A DNA stretch of 64,000 nucleotides from Octopus sinensis (taxonomy: Eukaryota): positions 145,514,001-145,578,000 of the forward strand of contig NC_043000.1 in NCBI RefSeq assembly GCF_006345805.1, given 5' to 3'. Position 1 is the stretch's first letter. Each line of letters opens with the position of its first letter. A program made the translations under genes and the position numbers. Under the pieces are notes generated by a model. That model was not told the DNA's origin and did no database searches. It saw nothing but the letters and a program-made list of their open reading frames with translations. Shown one piece after another: positions 1 through 11,389 of the stretch.

Positions 1-20
1 TGTATATATACACACATATA

Positions 21-370
21 TGGGTACATGCCACCAAAAAAACGTCGAACACGATGAGAAATGAAAAACATAAACACAAAACCAAGGAACTGGACATTTT
101 TCTTAAACAACAAAAAAATAGAGTACAGGACAAATAACACAAGGAAAAATCCCCTTCTTCAGTCGCCATGGTTTCATCTACTCTGCGTTTCGAAGGTGAA
201 GGCGATACGCATCTTCGATAGAAACTTTCCTTCCTGCGAAAAGCAAATCAAATAAAATTTGAGATCTTTTTGCAGAGGGGTAAACATGGTAACAAAAACA
301 GGACAGTAACAACAGTACAAAATATAAACAGTAAAATACAAGACAAGGAGAATAACAAGACAATGTTCTC
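21..370 (-). mobile_element. Probable Penelope pLTR-like repeat fragment between microsatellites
   Basis: Non-coding insert flanked by TA/TC repeats. Minus strand has a CTTCGAAACG motif like other pLTR-type elements here, but no canonical HHR core. Confidence 0.3.
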
Positions 371-789
371 TCTCTTTCTCTTTCTCTCTCTCTCTATATA
401 TATATATACAAACATATATGTGTGTGTGTGTGTGAGTATGTGTGTGTGTGTATGTATTCCTGATGTATAATTAAGCTTATTTCTCAATTAGTCTTATTAT
501 TTCGTATATAATAACTAGTATGTAATACGTCTACTGCTATACGAACTACATAGTTATGTTTATAAGCGTATAAAATAACTAGTATATACTACCTCTACTT
601 ATATACGAACTATATAGTTATGCCTATCTTCCCCGTATATGTAGGTATATCTTTTTATCCTGGTTTATCATTAACTTCTCTATTTTCTTTCGATTGCTTT
701 TATTTTGATTTATTTTATATTATATCTGTATAATATTTTATATAGTACTACAATATTACTCCATTCATGAAAATAAGCCCCAAAATACA

Positions 790-1000
790 CTCACTTGTAA
801 CTGACATCCTGGGTCTATCTGCCCTCTACAAACCAATTGTAGAAGACTTAATGTAATTTATAAATGCACCTTCCTCAACACATTACACAGCTGTATATAG
901 AGAGATTTAACCATAAATTTTAAACAGCAATATGCCGCTTATCTCAATTCTTTAAGCTACAAGAAACAGTAAATCTAAATACCACTTAAATAACTACACA
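790..1000 (+). pseudogene. Penelope-like GIY-YIG endonuclease fragment (degenerate)
   Basis: From 796 reads CN*HPGSICPLQTNCRRLNVIYKCT, then FKQQYAAYLNSFKL. This matches the CxC..CPL..NC...VIYK and FK.RY..H..SF pattern of PLE endonucleases. Contains stops. Confidence 0.55.
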
Positions 1001-1274
1001 GCATATATCCACAACAGCCCTTAGGTGATCCCCAGCAACCCTGCTTAACTTTCCTTTATCTAAATTTTAAATTTTTGTCTTTAGTTCTTTAACTCTCAAA
1101 TCTTACTTTAAGGATCTCAATCATTTAATGCTACATGTTTGGACATGCAAGTGGATACATGCGTGTGTAGATGTCTGTGCATGTATATTTGTGTATGTAT
1201 GTATATGTTTGTGAGTATATATATATATATGTATATATATATATAATATATATATATATATGTATGTATATATA

Positions 1275-1308
<34 letters not shown>

Positions 1309-1451
1309 GCGTATGTGTGTATGCATATGTATGTGCAAATGTATATACCAATGAGTGTGTGCATATATATATGCATATGTATGTATATGTATGCATATGC
1401 GCACGTGTATATATGTATGTTTGTGCACACGTACGTATGTCATTATACCCA

Positions 1452-1680
1452 TTTCTTTATTACCCTCAAGGGGCTAAACACACAGGGGACAAACAAGGAC
1501 AGACATAGGAATTAAGTCGATTACATCGACCCTAGTGCGTAACTGCTACTTAATTTATCGACCCCGAAAGGATGAAAGGCAAAGCCGACCTCGGTGGGAT
1601 TTGAACTCACAACGTAACGACAGACGAAATACTGCTACGCATTTCGCCCGGCGTACTAACGTTTCTGTCAGCTCGCCGCT
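1452..1680 (-). mobile_element. tRNA-derived SINE, family B
   Basis: Minus strand: GCGGCGAGCTGACAGAAACGTTAG head, B box GTTCAAATCC, conserved GCCTTTCATCCTTTCGGGGTCGATAAATTAAGTA domain. ~21-bp TSD ACGTACGTATGYCATTATACC. Confidence 0.9.
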
Positions 1681-1899
1681 GACGTACGTATGCCATTATA
1701 CCATCTTTCCTCCTCTCTCATTCCTAGCTAACTCAGCAACCTATTCAATCACATATGTCTATAGAAATTTGGCATCCTTGTATTCTTCCCTCCACTTCAA
1801 ATTTTACTATTAAAACTACTACTCCCTTTGGTATCACGCTACCCATAACTTTTAGCTACCCATAACTTTTAGCTACCCATCCCTTAATGATTGTCATAA

Positions 1900-2260
1900 C
1901 TGTCAGACAATTTCTGCGACCACATTACCCGTAACATCTGGCCACCTACCTCCCCAGACTGCAACCCACTTGATTTTTATGTGTAGGGTGCAGTTGAGCG
2001 AGAGACCTACAAAACTCTTAGGTACATCAAAGATGAACTGAAGGCTAGTATTATAGCTGTATTCACCAATATAAACAAAGAGGCTGTCCAGAAGAGTTGC
2101 AGGAGATTCCAAAGTCGTCTGGAGGCTGAGGTTGAAGTCAATCGCGATTTTATTGAATACATTTTATCTTTAGTATTTCCAGATATATTTATGTAAGTTT
2201 GGTAAATATATCTATAAAAAGGAGATATCAGTGTTATTTTCGTTTTATTCACCGCACCTG
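1900..2260 (+). mobile_element. Tc1/mariner (maT, DD37D-type) transposase C-terminal fragment with 3' TIR
   Basis: SDNFCDHITRNIWPPTSPDCNPLDFYV*GAVERE...SCRRFQSRLEAEVEVNRDFIE; ends TTATTCACCGCACCTG. Homologous to 23400-23640. Confidence 0.85.
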
Positions 2261-2479
2261 ATATATATACACACACACACCTATACGTACCAGGTTTAGA
2301 ACAATAAAGTGCTGTGCTGTCTTCATTCAACTAAGATTCTTCAAGGTGGTGCCCCAGCAAGATCCCTGTTTAATGACTGAAACAAGTAAAAGATAAAAAG
2401 GTATGCTAATCTGGATTTGCAAACATCAAATTAAGAATCCATCCTGGCCTAGGACCCTATGTTGTATGGTTATAATAGT

Positions 2480-2620
2480 GTAACCTTACAATAAACACCC
2501 TGCAAGACAATTACTTGTCTTCAAAATATCTCCAAAACAATTAAAGGAAGAAAGAGAAAAAGGACTCATTGCCTTCAAACGCCACCTAGACCAATTTCTT
2601 CAAGCTATACCAGCTGAACT
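2480..2620 (+). pseudogene. CR1/L2-group LINE ORF2 C-terminal fragment
   Basis: Reads ...PKQLKEEREKGLIAFKRHLDQFLQAIPAE, the FK..LD.FL..IP.E terminal motif. Confidence 0.5.
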
Positions 2621-2629
2621 ACGTACATT

Positions 2630-2765
2630 TGCGGGTTTCGCTGTGTTGTAAGAGGCTTGCTTCCCAACAACATGGTTGCACGTTCGACTAAAACACATTA
2701 CAAGAATTTCCCAGCATGACTGCAGTCAAATGACTGAAACGAATAGAAGAATAAAGGAATAAAAG
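2630..2765 (+). mobile_element. SINE family A, internally deleted
   Basis: Degenerate tRNA head joined to the tail CCAGCATGACTGCAGTCAAATGACTGAAAC. Confidence 0.6.
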
Positions 2766-2897
2766 TATGGAAGATTACCGTGAAACATCTCGGGCAACAA
2801 CTTCCTACTTGAATGTGCCATGGTATACAAAACTTGACCTACGAATGACTAAACAGACTGTGTTATCAATTTAGACATACCCAGCGATTTTTGGCAG

Positions 2898-2941
<44 letters not shown>

Positions 2942-2943
<2 letters not shown>

Positions 2944-3133
2944 ATATCGCTAGCCACTAAACCTTTTTCTTTTATTTCTGTCTCTGTTTATTTCTGTGTT
3001 CCTTTCTGTTGAAGAACGTAGGCTCGAAACGTAAGAGAATTTCTCACTTCACGAGCGTTAAACTAATACGTATGTTTGTGTTTGCATACCCGTATTCGTC
3101 GTTTGTTTTGTTTGTTATTTGTAAATTCCAACT
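2942..3133 (+). mobile_element. Penelope pLTR-like element inserted in (TA)n
   Basis: Flanked by TA arrays; homologous to 31822-32012 (minus strand); contains a minimal HHR-like motif at 3002-3037. Confidence 0.65.
3002..3037 (+). ncRNA. Minimal hammerhead-like motif (U6 variant)
   Basis: cttt-CTGTTGA-A-gaac(gtag)gctc-GAAA-cg-TA-agag. Confidence 0.45.
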
Positions 3134-3141
3134 ATATATAC

Positions 3142-3222
<81 letters not shown>

Positions 3223-4605
3223 TCCCTTACCCACTCAGATATGCATGCGTAACCAAAATAGAATATTTTCATAAAAACATGCGCATTTCATACATACGAG
3301 TAAAGTGTTGGGAACGACTTCCGAAATTTAGTACTCACACATGAAAGTAATTGCTGGAAATAAAAGTATTGTCCTAGTTTTTTGGACCAGCATGCACGTA
3401 AGTAAACTCCGGTGAATATGCATAAATATAGATTGTAACAAATACCTTAGTTATGACGGTAAGCATAAATTCCTAGTAGAAATGTCATCATGCAAAATTC
3501 TAGTGACTACTCTGTACTGCGATCATTGTTAGTGTCAAATATTCATCGGTGATTTAATTGCCAATGATGTTTAAAAGTTCAGATATAAATATGGAACAGC
3601 AGTCAAATATTACATTTCAATGTTTATAGAGAATCAATACATTTCAGAGAATCTAATATTTAACTAGTCAGCCGTTAGTATATGCATTCTTCAACATTCT
3701 ACTTTTCACATAATGTTCAGTACTAAAATATACCATATAACACGTTCTTACACATACCTTCACACATTCGCATACATTATATGCGTGCCCATGCGAACAT
3801 TTAATAATATGTGCGTATATACGGGAAAATATAGAGAAACAGAAAGAAGGTAATGGAAAATAGTTGTCTGTGTGTCAAAGAAATGGAGTGTTTTGCGGTG
3901 GGATTATATACTCAGTAAGTATAGAGAAAATACACGCCAAGTCCATTTATATTGGTATTGTTTGTGCCTCGTCTGAAGGAGAAGCATTCGTTATTGACTC
4001 AATTAAAATTTCGAGTGGTACGGATGTATTTAAGTAGTTTGTAATCAAACTTAAAGAACTGAACCGCTGTCAATTTTTGGTAAAGCGCTAGAAGGCATTT
4101 TTAGTCTTCAATAAAGTTGGAGTAGACAATTACCAAAATGGGTGCTTGTATATTGTCCTGTATATCGTTATATGTAGACGTGCTCCTGTGTGTTAATGTG
4201 TGTGTGTGTGTTTGTGTGAACGTGCTAAGTCTGTGGTGAAGTGATATTTTCTCCTTGAATCTGTACGTAATATTGTAAAGTGTGTTTTTGTATTTGATTT
4301 CGGTGGTTAAGGGAGATTTTGTATATTTTGGAGTTTTATGCGTGTTGATGTGAACGTTGCTTGTTTCAAGAAGAAATCGTCGTTATGACTATATAGCGGT
4401 TCGAATTTACCAACACCTATTTATTATCAATATTTGTGAATGATGCGCGTGTAATATTTTGCGGATCCGTCTAAATTAAGATAAATTTGTACGTATGTGT
4501 GTGTGTGTGTGTGTGTGTGTATACGCGTTGTCGAATCTACAAATTTTCCTTTCTCTTTTACAATTATATTTGCTTTCAATTAAATTAAGAGATATACTAT
4601 TTAAA

Positions 4606-4783
4606 GGCGCAGGAGTCGCTGTGTGGTAAGTAGCTTGTTTATCAACCCCATGGTTCCGGGTTCAGTCCCACTGGGTGGCACTTTGGTCAAGTGTTTTCTA
4701 CTATAGCCTCGGGCCGACCAAAGCCTTGTGAGTGGATTTGGTAGACGGAAACTGAAAGAAGCCCGTCGTATATATGTATATAT

Positions 4784-4819
<36 letters not shown>

Positions 4820-5046
4820 CGTGTGTGTGTGTTTGTGTGAGTGTGTTTTTCCCCCTAGCATTGCTTAACAACCGATGCTGGTGTGTTTATGTCCCCGTTA
4901 CCTAGCAGTTCGGCAAAAGCGACCGATAGAATAAGTACTGGGCTTAGAAAAGGATAAGTCCCGGGGTCGAGTTGCTCGATTAAAGGCGGTGCTCCAGCAT
5001 GGCCGCAATCAAATGACTGAAACAAGTAAAAGAGAATAAAGAGTAA
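4606..5046 (+). mobile_element. tRNA-derived SINE, family A (full length, internal microsatellite)
   Basis: GGCGCAGGAGT head, A box, B box GGTTCAGTCC, internal (TA)/(TG), LINE-like tail ending GACTGAAACAAGTAAAAGA. Closely similar to the copies at 16383 and 17691. Confidence 0.92.
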
Positions 5047-5149
5047 TGATTGCCAATAAAACTACCCTGTGCACAATTTCAATACACGCAAACAAGCTAA
5101 CACACAGACACAAGTACAAAATCACCATAGTAACCAAGTTTGTGGAGAT

Positions 5150-5460
5150 ACCTGACACCTGTTCTGCAACTGACATCAACTCGTTTTGCAGTCAGTGGCC
5201 TTGCAACGAGGATTACTCTCCACACTTTTTTCAGCAAAAAGAAAGGTCTTGTCAGGTTGATGTGGGCGATTGGATGTGTTAAATCACTCTATGAACTGTA
5301 GAAAGTGGAATCCCAAGGTTTCCTGCGATTTTACGTTGATTATGTCCACTTTCAGAATGACCTACAATACACCCACTTTGAAATTCAGACGGTTCCAAGC
5401 TTGCTTTGTACATGGTATGATTGATCAGTCTCATATTGAACCTGAAACATAAAAATGTCA
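5150..5460 (-). pseudogene. Tc1-like transposase N-terminal HTH fragment
   Basis: [39 protein letters not shown] is a typical Tc1 paired-like HTH. Confidence 0.7.
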
Positions 5461-5845
5461 ATTAATAAAAAATATATATAAAACTTTACAAGTTAGAATA
5501 AATATGAGGCGATGTTTTATGTGTTGTCTATTTACTTCTGTCATGTCTGTGTATGTATATGCATATGATATGCTTAGAAATGCTGAAAGTATACATTCAT
5601 ACACACATACACATAGCTGGATTTGTAAAGGTGGAGTCAGAATAGTCAATAACCTAGCACCTTATATATCGGGAAAAACTGCACCGAACATTGAACCATA
5701 AAAGTACTGCTACTCAATTGTCTCAAAGCAGCGTTAAATACTTTGGGAATAAAAGTAGCAAAAACAACAACAAAAATACGGAAAGCGAAAATTTTCTGAA
5801 AGATATTCATTATTCTTATGTATCCGTCTATAAATGCGTATATAT

Positions 5846-6076
5846 ATTTCTTTACTACCCACAAGGGGCTAAACACAGAGGGGACAAACAAGGACAGACA
5901 AAGGGATTAAGTCGATTACATCGACCCCAGTGCGTAACTGGTACTTAATTTATCGACCCCGAAAGGATGAAAGGCAAAGTCGACCTCTGCGGAATTTGAA
6001 CTCGGAACGCAACGACAGACGAAATACGGCTACGAATTTCGCCCGGCGTGCTAACGTTTCTGCCAGCTCGCCGCCT
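5846..6076 (-). mobile_element. SINE family B
   Basis: Near-identical to 1452-1680; TSD TAAATGCGTATATA. Confidence 0.92.
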
Positions 6077-6617
6077 TTTAAATGCGTATATAGATTTATA
6101 CACACACCCGTACGCGTACAAACGCGCACACGTACAGATACAGAAAAAAACACGAATTGGCATATACTGCCACTCCCTGAATTTATTATTCTGTTCATTT
6201 GGTAGTCATTTGGTGCGCTGATAGTATTTACGAAAATATGTAATACTGTTTGGCTTCCAAAATTTTAATTTTGAATTTATTGTTTTAATTATAAAATCTC
6301 TTTCGCGTAACATTACTCCACAGATAAAAACTATTTATTATCTTTTAACTTTAGATATATGGCTTTTTCAAATGTTTCTTTTATATTAACACTTATCTTT
6401 TCTTTCTAGACTTTTTGTATATTTTCTCTCGTTGTCAGTGTACCAATTTCTTGTTATTGTTTTTTTTCGAGTTACGCTCGCAATAAAAAAACAAGACTTT
6501 CACTGATGACAGTGATTTAGTACTTGTCATTGTTACCGATGCTACTCCTCAACTTGATTCTTCAATTTTGCTATGACAACTAATTTTCAACTATCGTTGT
6601 TGAATGCTAGTTTGAAA

Positions 6618-6818
6618 AAATCCGGGCTAGTCAAGTCTGGGGAATGTGAAGGCCATTCAAAGTACACCTCACACATGGTTCCAGCAAGATGGATCGACTG
6701 CACATACCGCAAGAGAAACAATGCAGTTGCTATGGTAGTGCTTTGGAGAGTGAATAATCTCTCGCTACGGCAACGTCAAATGGCCTTCACCTTCCCCAGA
6801 TTTGACAAACCTGGATTT
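6618..6818. mobile_element. MITE-like element with ~40-bp TIRs
   Basis: 6618-6657 AAATCCGGGCTAGTCAAGTCTGGGGAATGTGAAGGCCATT is the reverse complement of 6779-6818 with about 5 mismatches. Confidence 0.7.
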
Positions 6819-6949
6819 CTTCTTGTGGGGATACCTGAAAGAGAGAGAGTTTACGTCAACAAACCGGAAACCCTGGTACACTGAAGGAGTACATCAATAA
6901 AGACATCAGAGTAGTGGGTTCTAAAACTCTTAAGGGTGTTAAGGTGTAA

Positions 6950-7165
6950 GTTTTGGAAAGAGCACGGTGTTTGAAGCCGAAAATGGCTGCCATTTAAGCG
7001 ATGTCATTTTCCATATGCGATGTAATGGTATTGAAATTTTGGACTTGTACATATTAATTTCCATTAGGTTCTTTATAGTCTATCACACTTTCGTGCATTT
7101 ATTTGTAAAGTTATGAAAATTATTAAAAATTGAAACCCATCAGTGACATTTCAGACACGCTGTAC
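6950..7165 (+). mobile_element. Tc1/mariner 3' end remnant
   Basis: C-terminal ..EAENGCHLSDVIF-like peptide; ends TTTCAGACACGCTG-TA (CAG-type TIR plus TA). Confidence 0.45.
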
Positions 7166-8243
7166 ATTCAAAAAGTAGTCAGCGATGCTAAACATTATTT
7201 AAACTAAACACCTGAAGGAAGATATGAAGCTCCGACATTGGTAAGCAAAATGGACTTGAAACAGATTTAATGGCTAATATCTGCGATTTAAGTTTTCTAC
7301 AGTTTAAAAATAACACTAAAACTTTTCAAAGAGTTGAAGTTGATCTGAATAATTTGATGGATGTAACTGATTCCTTGGAGAACTTTCGGAAATTTTATCA
7401 TATCAGGATAAATATGAAGAGTTGGAACATGTGTGGAAACAAACGATGAAGCATAATAGTCAGACCAAGGAAATGAAGCAAACATGAGGCAAATGTAGCA
7501 CCAACCCCGGGAAAAGTAATCCTTTCTGCAAGAAAAAGATTCATACGTGACTTATTTCAATGTTATTTTAGATCAGTTGTTTGCAACCTTATACAAAATA
7601 CCAGATAGCCTATCAATCTGGGCGTCACAGGTTCAAGGCTCTCACTCCTGCCCTAGTCTCCTATAAACACGTTTCATTGAGAACGTAAAATTTTACTTCT
7701 TTTTAGCGGCTACTTTACCAACGCAGCTAACTTCAAAATCATAAAACACACGATAGACAATCACTTGCTTGAAATATAAACGGAAAGCACTTTTCTTTTT
7801 AAATAACATCGAGGGAAAGAGTTACAAGTATATGACCATATCATTCATTCACACACGTGCCCAGTTATAAATACATGCACTAACGCTGAAAAATAAACGC
7901 CTGGCTTGTGCAAATTATAAATACCTACTCTATTGATAAATAGTCAAAAAGCAATATATTATAAAAAATATATATATAATTCATATGCGATGGTCGTTGC
8001 TTCCTGTGAGTATGTGAATATAGCCTTGACAACTAAACAATACAATATATGTCAACGTTTCTAAATGCAAGAAAAAATATTGATTTTTTTTTTACTCCTG
8101 GGCATAGAGTTAAATGCCTTTAGATATGTATCGACTAAACAATTTGAGTGACTTAGAAAGAAAATACTTTTTTTATGTTTGCTTGCATGTAGGTATGCAT
8201 ATGTGGTGTGCATACATATATGTATACAGACCCACACACACAC

Positions 8244-8339
<96 letters not shown>

Positions 8340-8491
8340 GATAAATGCGATACAATAAAATTAATTATAATCGCCGGTGTACCAGTACACGCCATATATT
8401 ATACATATATCATTACATTCAAGGCGAGAGTGCACTAGATACACAATAGCTGGATAAATTTAGTGAGATGAAAATCAAAAACTTTTACAAC

Positions 8492-8583
8492 TTAACTTTT
8501 CTTATACTGCAGTTTCGCCAAATTCAGTAAAAAAAATATGTATTTATTTACTCAGGCTGGCTCTTCAGTAAGATCCCTGTTAA
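8492..8583 (-). ncRNA. Type I hammerhead ribozyme, copy 1
   Basis: Minus strand: ttaac-loop-tctta CTGAAGA gcca...tggc GAAA ctgcag TA taaga-aaa-gttaa. Intact core; predicted cleavage after GUA (8505/8504). Confidence 0.9.
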
Positions 8584-8895
8584 TGATGGGAAGACCATAT
8601 CAATAGACCCATGTGCGTCTATCGAAATGCTCTTTCTAAACTATTCAAAACACTGCGCAGACTCAGAACAAACCCGACAAAATAGGGGATTGTGGTATAT
8701 CGTCTAACGGTCAGAAATTTATCGAGAGAATATGTAAACAAGATAAATGCGATACAATAAAATTAATTACAATCGCCGGTGTACCAGTACACGCCATATA
8801 TTATACATATATCATTACATTCAAGGCGAAGAGTGCACTAGATACACAATAGCTGGATAAATTTAGTGAGATGAAAATTAAAAACTTTTACAAAC

Positions 8896-8985
8896 TTAAC
8901 TTTTCTTATACTGCAGTTTCGCCAATTCAGTAATAAAAATAGTATTTATTTACTCAGGCTGGCTCTTCAGTAAGATTCCTGTTAA
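8896..8985 (-). ncRNA. Type I hammerhead ribozyme, copy 2
   Basis: Same fold; predicted cleavage 8909/8908. Confidence 0.9.
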
Positions 8986-9298
8986 TGATGGGAAGACCAT
9001 ATCAATAGACCCATGTGCGTCTATCGAAATGCTCTTTCTAACTACTATTCAAAACACTGCGCAGACTCAGAACAAACCCGACAAAATAGGGGATTGTGGT
9101 ATATCGTCTAACGGTCAGAAATTTATCGAGAGAATATGTAAACAAAGATAATGCGATACAATAAAATTAATTACAATCGCCGTTGTACCAGTACACGCCA
9201 TATATTATACATATATCATTACATTCAAGGCGAAGAGTGCACTAGATACACAATAGCTGGATAATTTAGTGAGATGAAAATTAAAAACTTTTACAAAC

Positions 9299-9388
9299 TT
9301 AACTTTTCTTATACTGCAGTTTCGCCAAATTCAGTAATAAAAATAGTATTTATTTACTCAGGCTGCTCTTCAGTAAGATTCCTGTTAA
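9299..9388 (-). ncRNA. Type I hammerhead ribozyme, copy 3
   Basis: Same fold. One base is missing in helix II (GGCTGC vs GGCTGGC), possibly a homopolymer error. Predicted cleavage 9312/9311. Confidence 0.8.
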
Positions 9389-9585
9389 TGATGGAAGACC
9401 ATATCAATAGACCCATGTGCGTCTATCGAAATGCTCTTTCTAAACTATTCAAAACACTGCGCAGACTCAGAACAACCCGACAAAATAGGGGATTGTGGTA
9501 TATCGTCTAACGGTCAGAAATTTATCGAGAGAATATGTAAACAAAGATAAATGCGATACAATAAAATTAATTACAATCGCCGGTG

Positions 9586-9620
<35 letters not shown>

Positions 9621-11389
9621 ATATATATATATATTTGTATGTATTAACAATTATCTATATGTGATTAAAATTGGGCAATACACCCAATGATTCACTCCAC
9701 TTGTACTTGTTTTTTGGAACGGCCAAATGGATGGAAATTGAAACTGAGATCCTCAATACAAATTCGACTCCGCATATTGATAATCTAATGCGTGACTGAA
9801 CTAAATTAACAAAGTAGCTAAAAACAAAAAGTAGCCTTCTCAACAGATGAGTTTGCCAAAAAAATAAAATAAGAAAATAAAACGCATTGGACTAGCTTAA
9901 AAAATATATCTTATAGAAATGAAAATTCGATAAAGGAACACCGAGTATTGAGGAATATAAAGTCTAATCCAAAGTTCTATTTTCCACTTTGTTAAACAAA
10001 AAACATCTACACATACCCGGATTGGGCTCTAATGGACCAAAATGTATCACAAACTAGTGATCCATTATAACTATGCGCAAATATGACTACATTTACCTAA
10101 CTCATAGTACATAATTCACGCGAATTAATTGATCGCCAGAATTCAACTGCAGAAGCACATCTGGAAATAATTCTAACTATTATTCTAACTATTCTAACTT
10201 TAAATGAAAATCATTTAAGATTGAGTGCAAATGTACGAATATTGTTCTGTGTTTTCTCATAGTTCAAGTCTTTTCTCTGTGAATTTCATTATGTACGGAG
10301 TGCAAATGTATAACTATTAAAATGTAATCATATTTGCAATGCCTTCAGATTAATACGTCTGCGCCGATTTGATTTGTTTCATGTGAAGTGACTATTGGTA
10401 GAAGTGATAGGATTTTGCCTGAAATCCTACTTTCCTTTGTTTTATTTTTCAATCGGAAAAAACTCAATCGTACCTGTTTGATTTCAAGTTTATATTCTTA
10501 TTTCCCATGATTTACACTTATAATCTAATAACGATTTATATTAATGGAAACTTGACATTGTAAAATTTAAAATAAAAAAACATCAGTTTATTGGTTTTGA
10601 GTTGAAGATTTATAGAGAGAAGTTGTTGAAAATAACATTGTAAATCTAGTGAACAGATTGTAAAAGCTAAAATGTCATGTCTTCCAGTGCTGGAATAAAC
10701 ATATATTGATTTCTAATCAAAACTCAAGAGGATTTAATTTGTACTTCTTACAAATTTTCTGAAATTAAATTAAGGTCGCTGATTGATGTCTATTTAATTA
10801 AATAAACTTTGACCTTCATTTAAATTGCATTGGAGCATATTGTTCTGGGAACGTATAACAACGTTCATAATGAAACATCTGTGAGCTAATAAAACAAGGA
10901 ATGAAATTATTATAAATGCAAATATTGGTGAAATATACATTCAAACTTTAACTATATTGCACAATCGCAAAATGAGTGTATAATAATGAGAAACACGTGA
11001 TTTATTCTATCTAATATAGTTCATCCTATAAGTTTCAATTTATGTCATATGGTATAAATTATTGTATACAGAAAGACTCCTGATTTTATAAAAACGGTAA
11101 TATTTCTCTCATTTTACAGCGTGAAATAAATAAGTTGAATACATGAGTTGAAATTTAATTAAATATAGACTTGCATCACACGGCCGAGTTATATCCATGA
11201 TTTTTAGCTTCATTTTTTAATTACATTGAAACATATGCAAATTATTAATTTTATATCAAAAATCGATAAAAATATATAATGGAATCAATACTTTCGACTT
11301 ATCCTGTACTCAAATTAGGCGGCCTTGAGCGAAAATGAAAATTGTCATTATTATCAATGTTGTGTTGTCTATTCTGCATTTTATGTACA

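Larger units (their letters stand above)
8331..9587 (-). mobile_element. Retrozyme-like tandem array: 3 full ~403-bp units plus a ~50-bp partial unit, each full unit with a hammerhead ribozyme
   Basis: Units start at 8331, 8734, 9138 and 9537 (403/404/399 bp). Flanked on both sides by (TA)n. No conserved ORF. Confidence 0.85.

Noticed and set aside
4606-4680. tRNA gene
   Set aside because: tRNA-like SINE head; no full cloverleaf and it continues into the SINE body.
6503-6535. CTGATGA followed by a hairpin
   Set aside because: No GAAA box or cleavage triplet after the stem.
8603-8636. Possible opposite-polarity HHR in the tandem unit (ATAGAC/GTCTAT hairpin then CGAAA..TC)
   Set aside because: No CUGANGA box upstream and no helix III, so an ambisense viroid-like claim is unsupported.
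9274-9510. 78-aa ORF within the tandem unit
   Set aside because: Open in only one of three copies; indels break it in the others.
8331-9587. CRISPR array or plain satellite
   Set aside because: Whole units repeat with no unique spacers; eukaryotic context; each unit carries a ribozyme.
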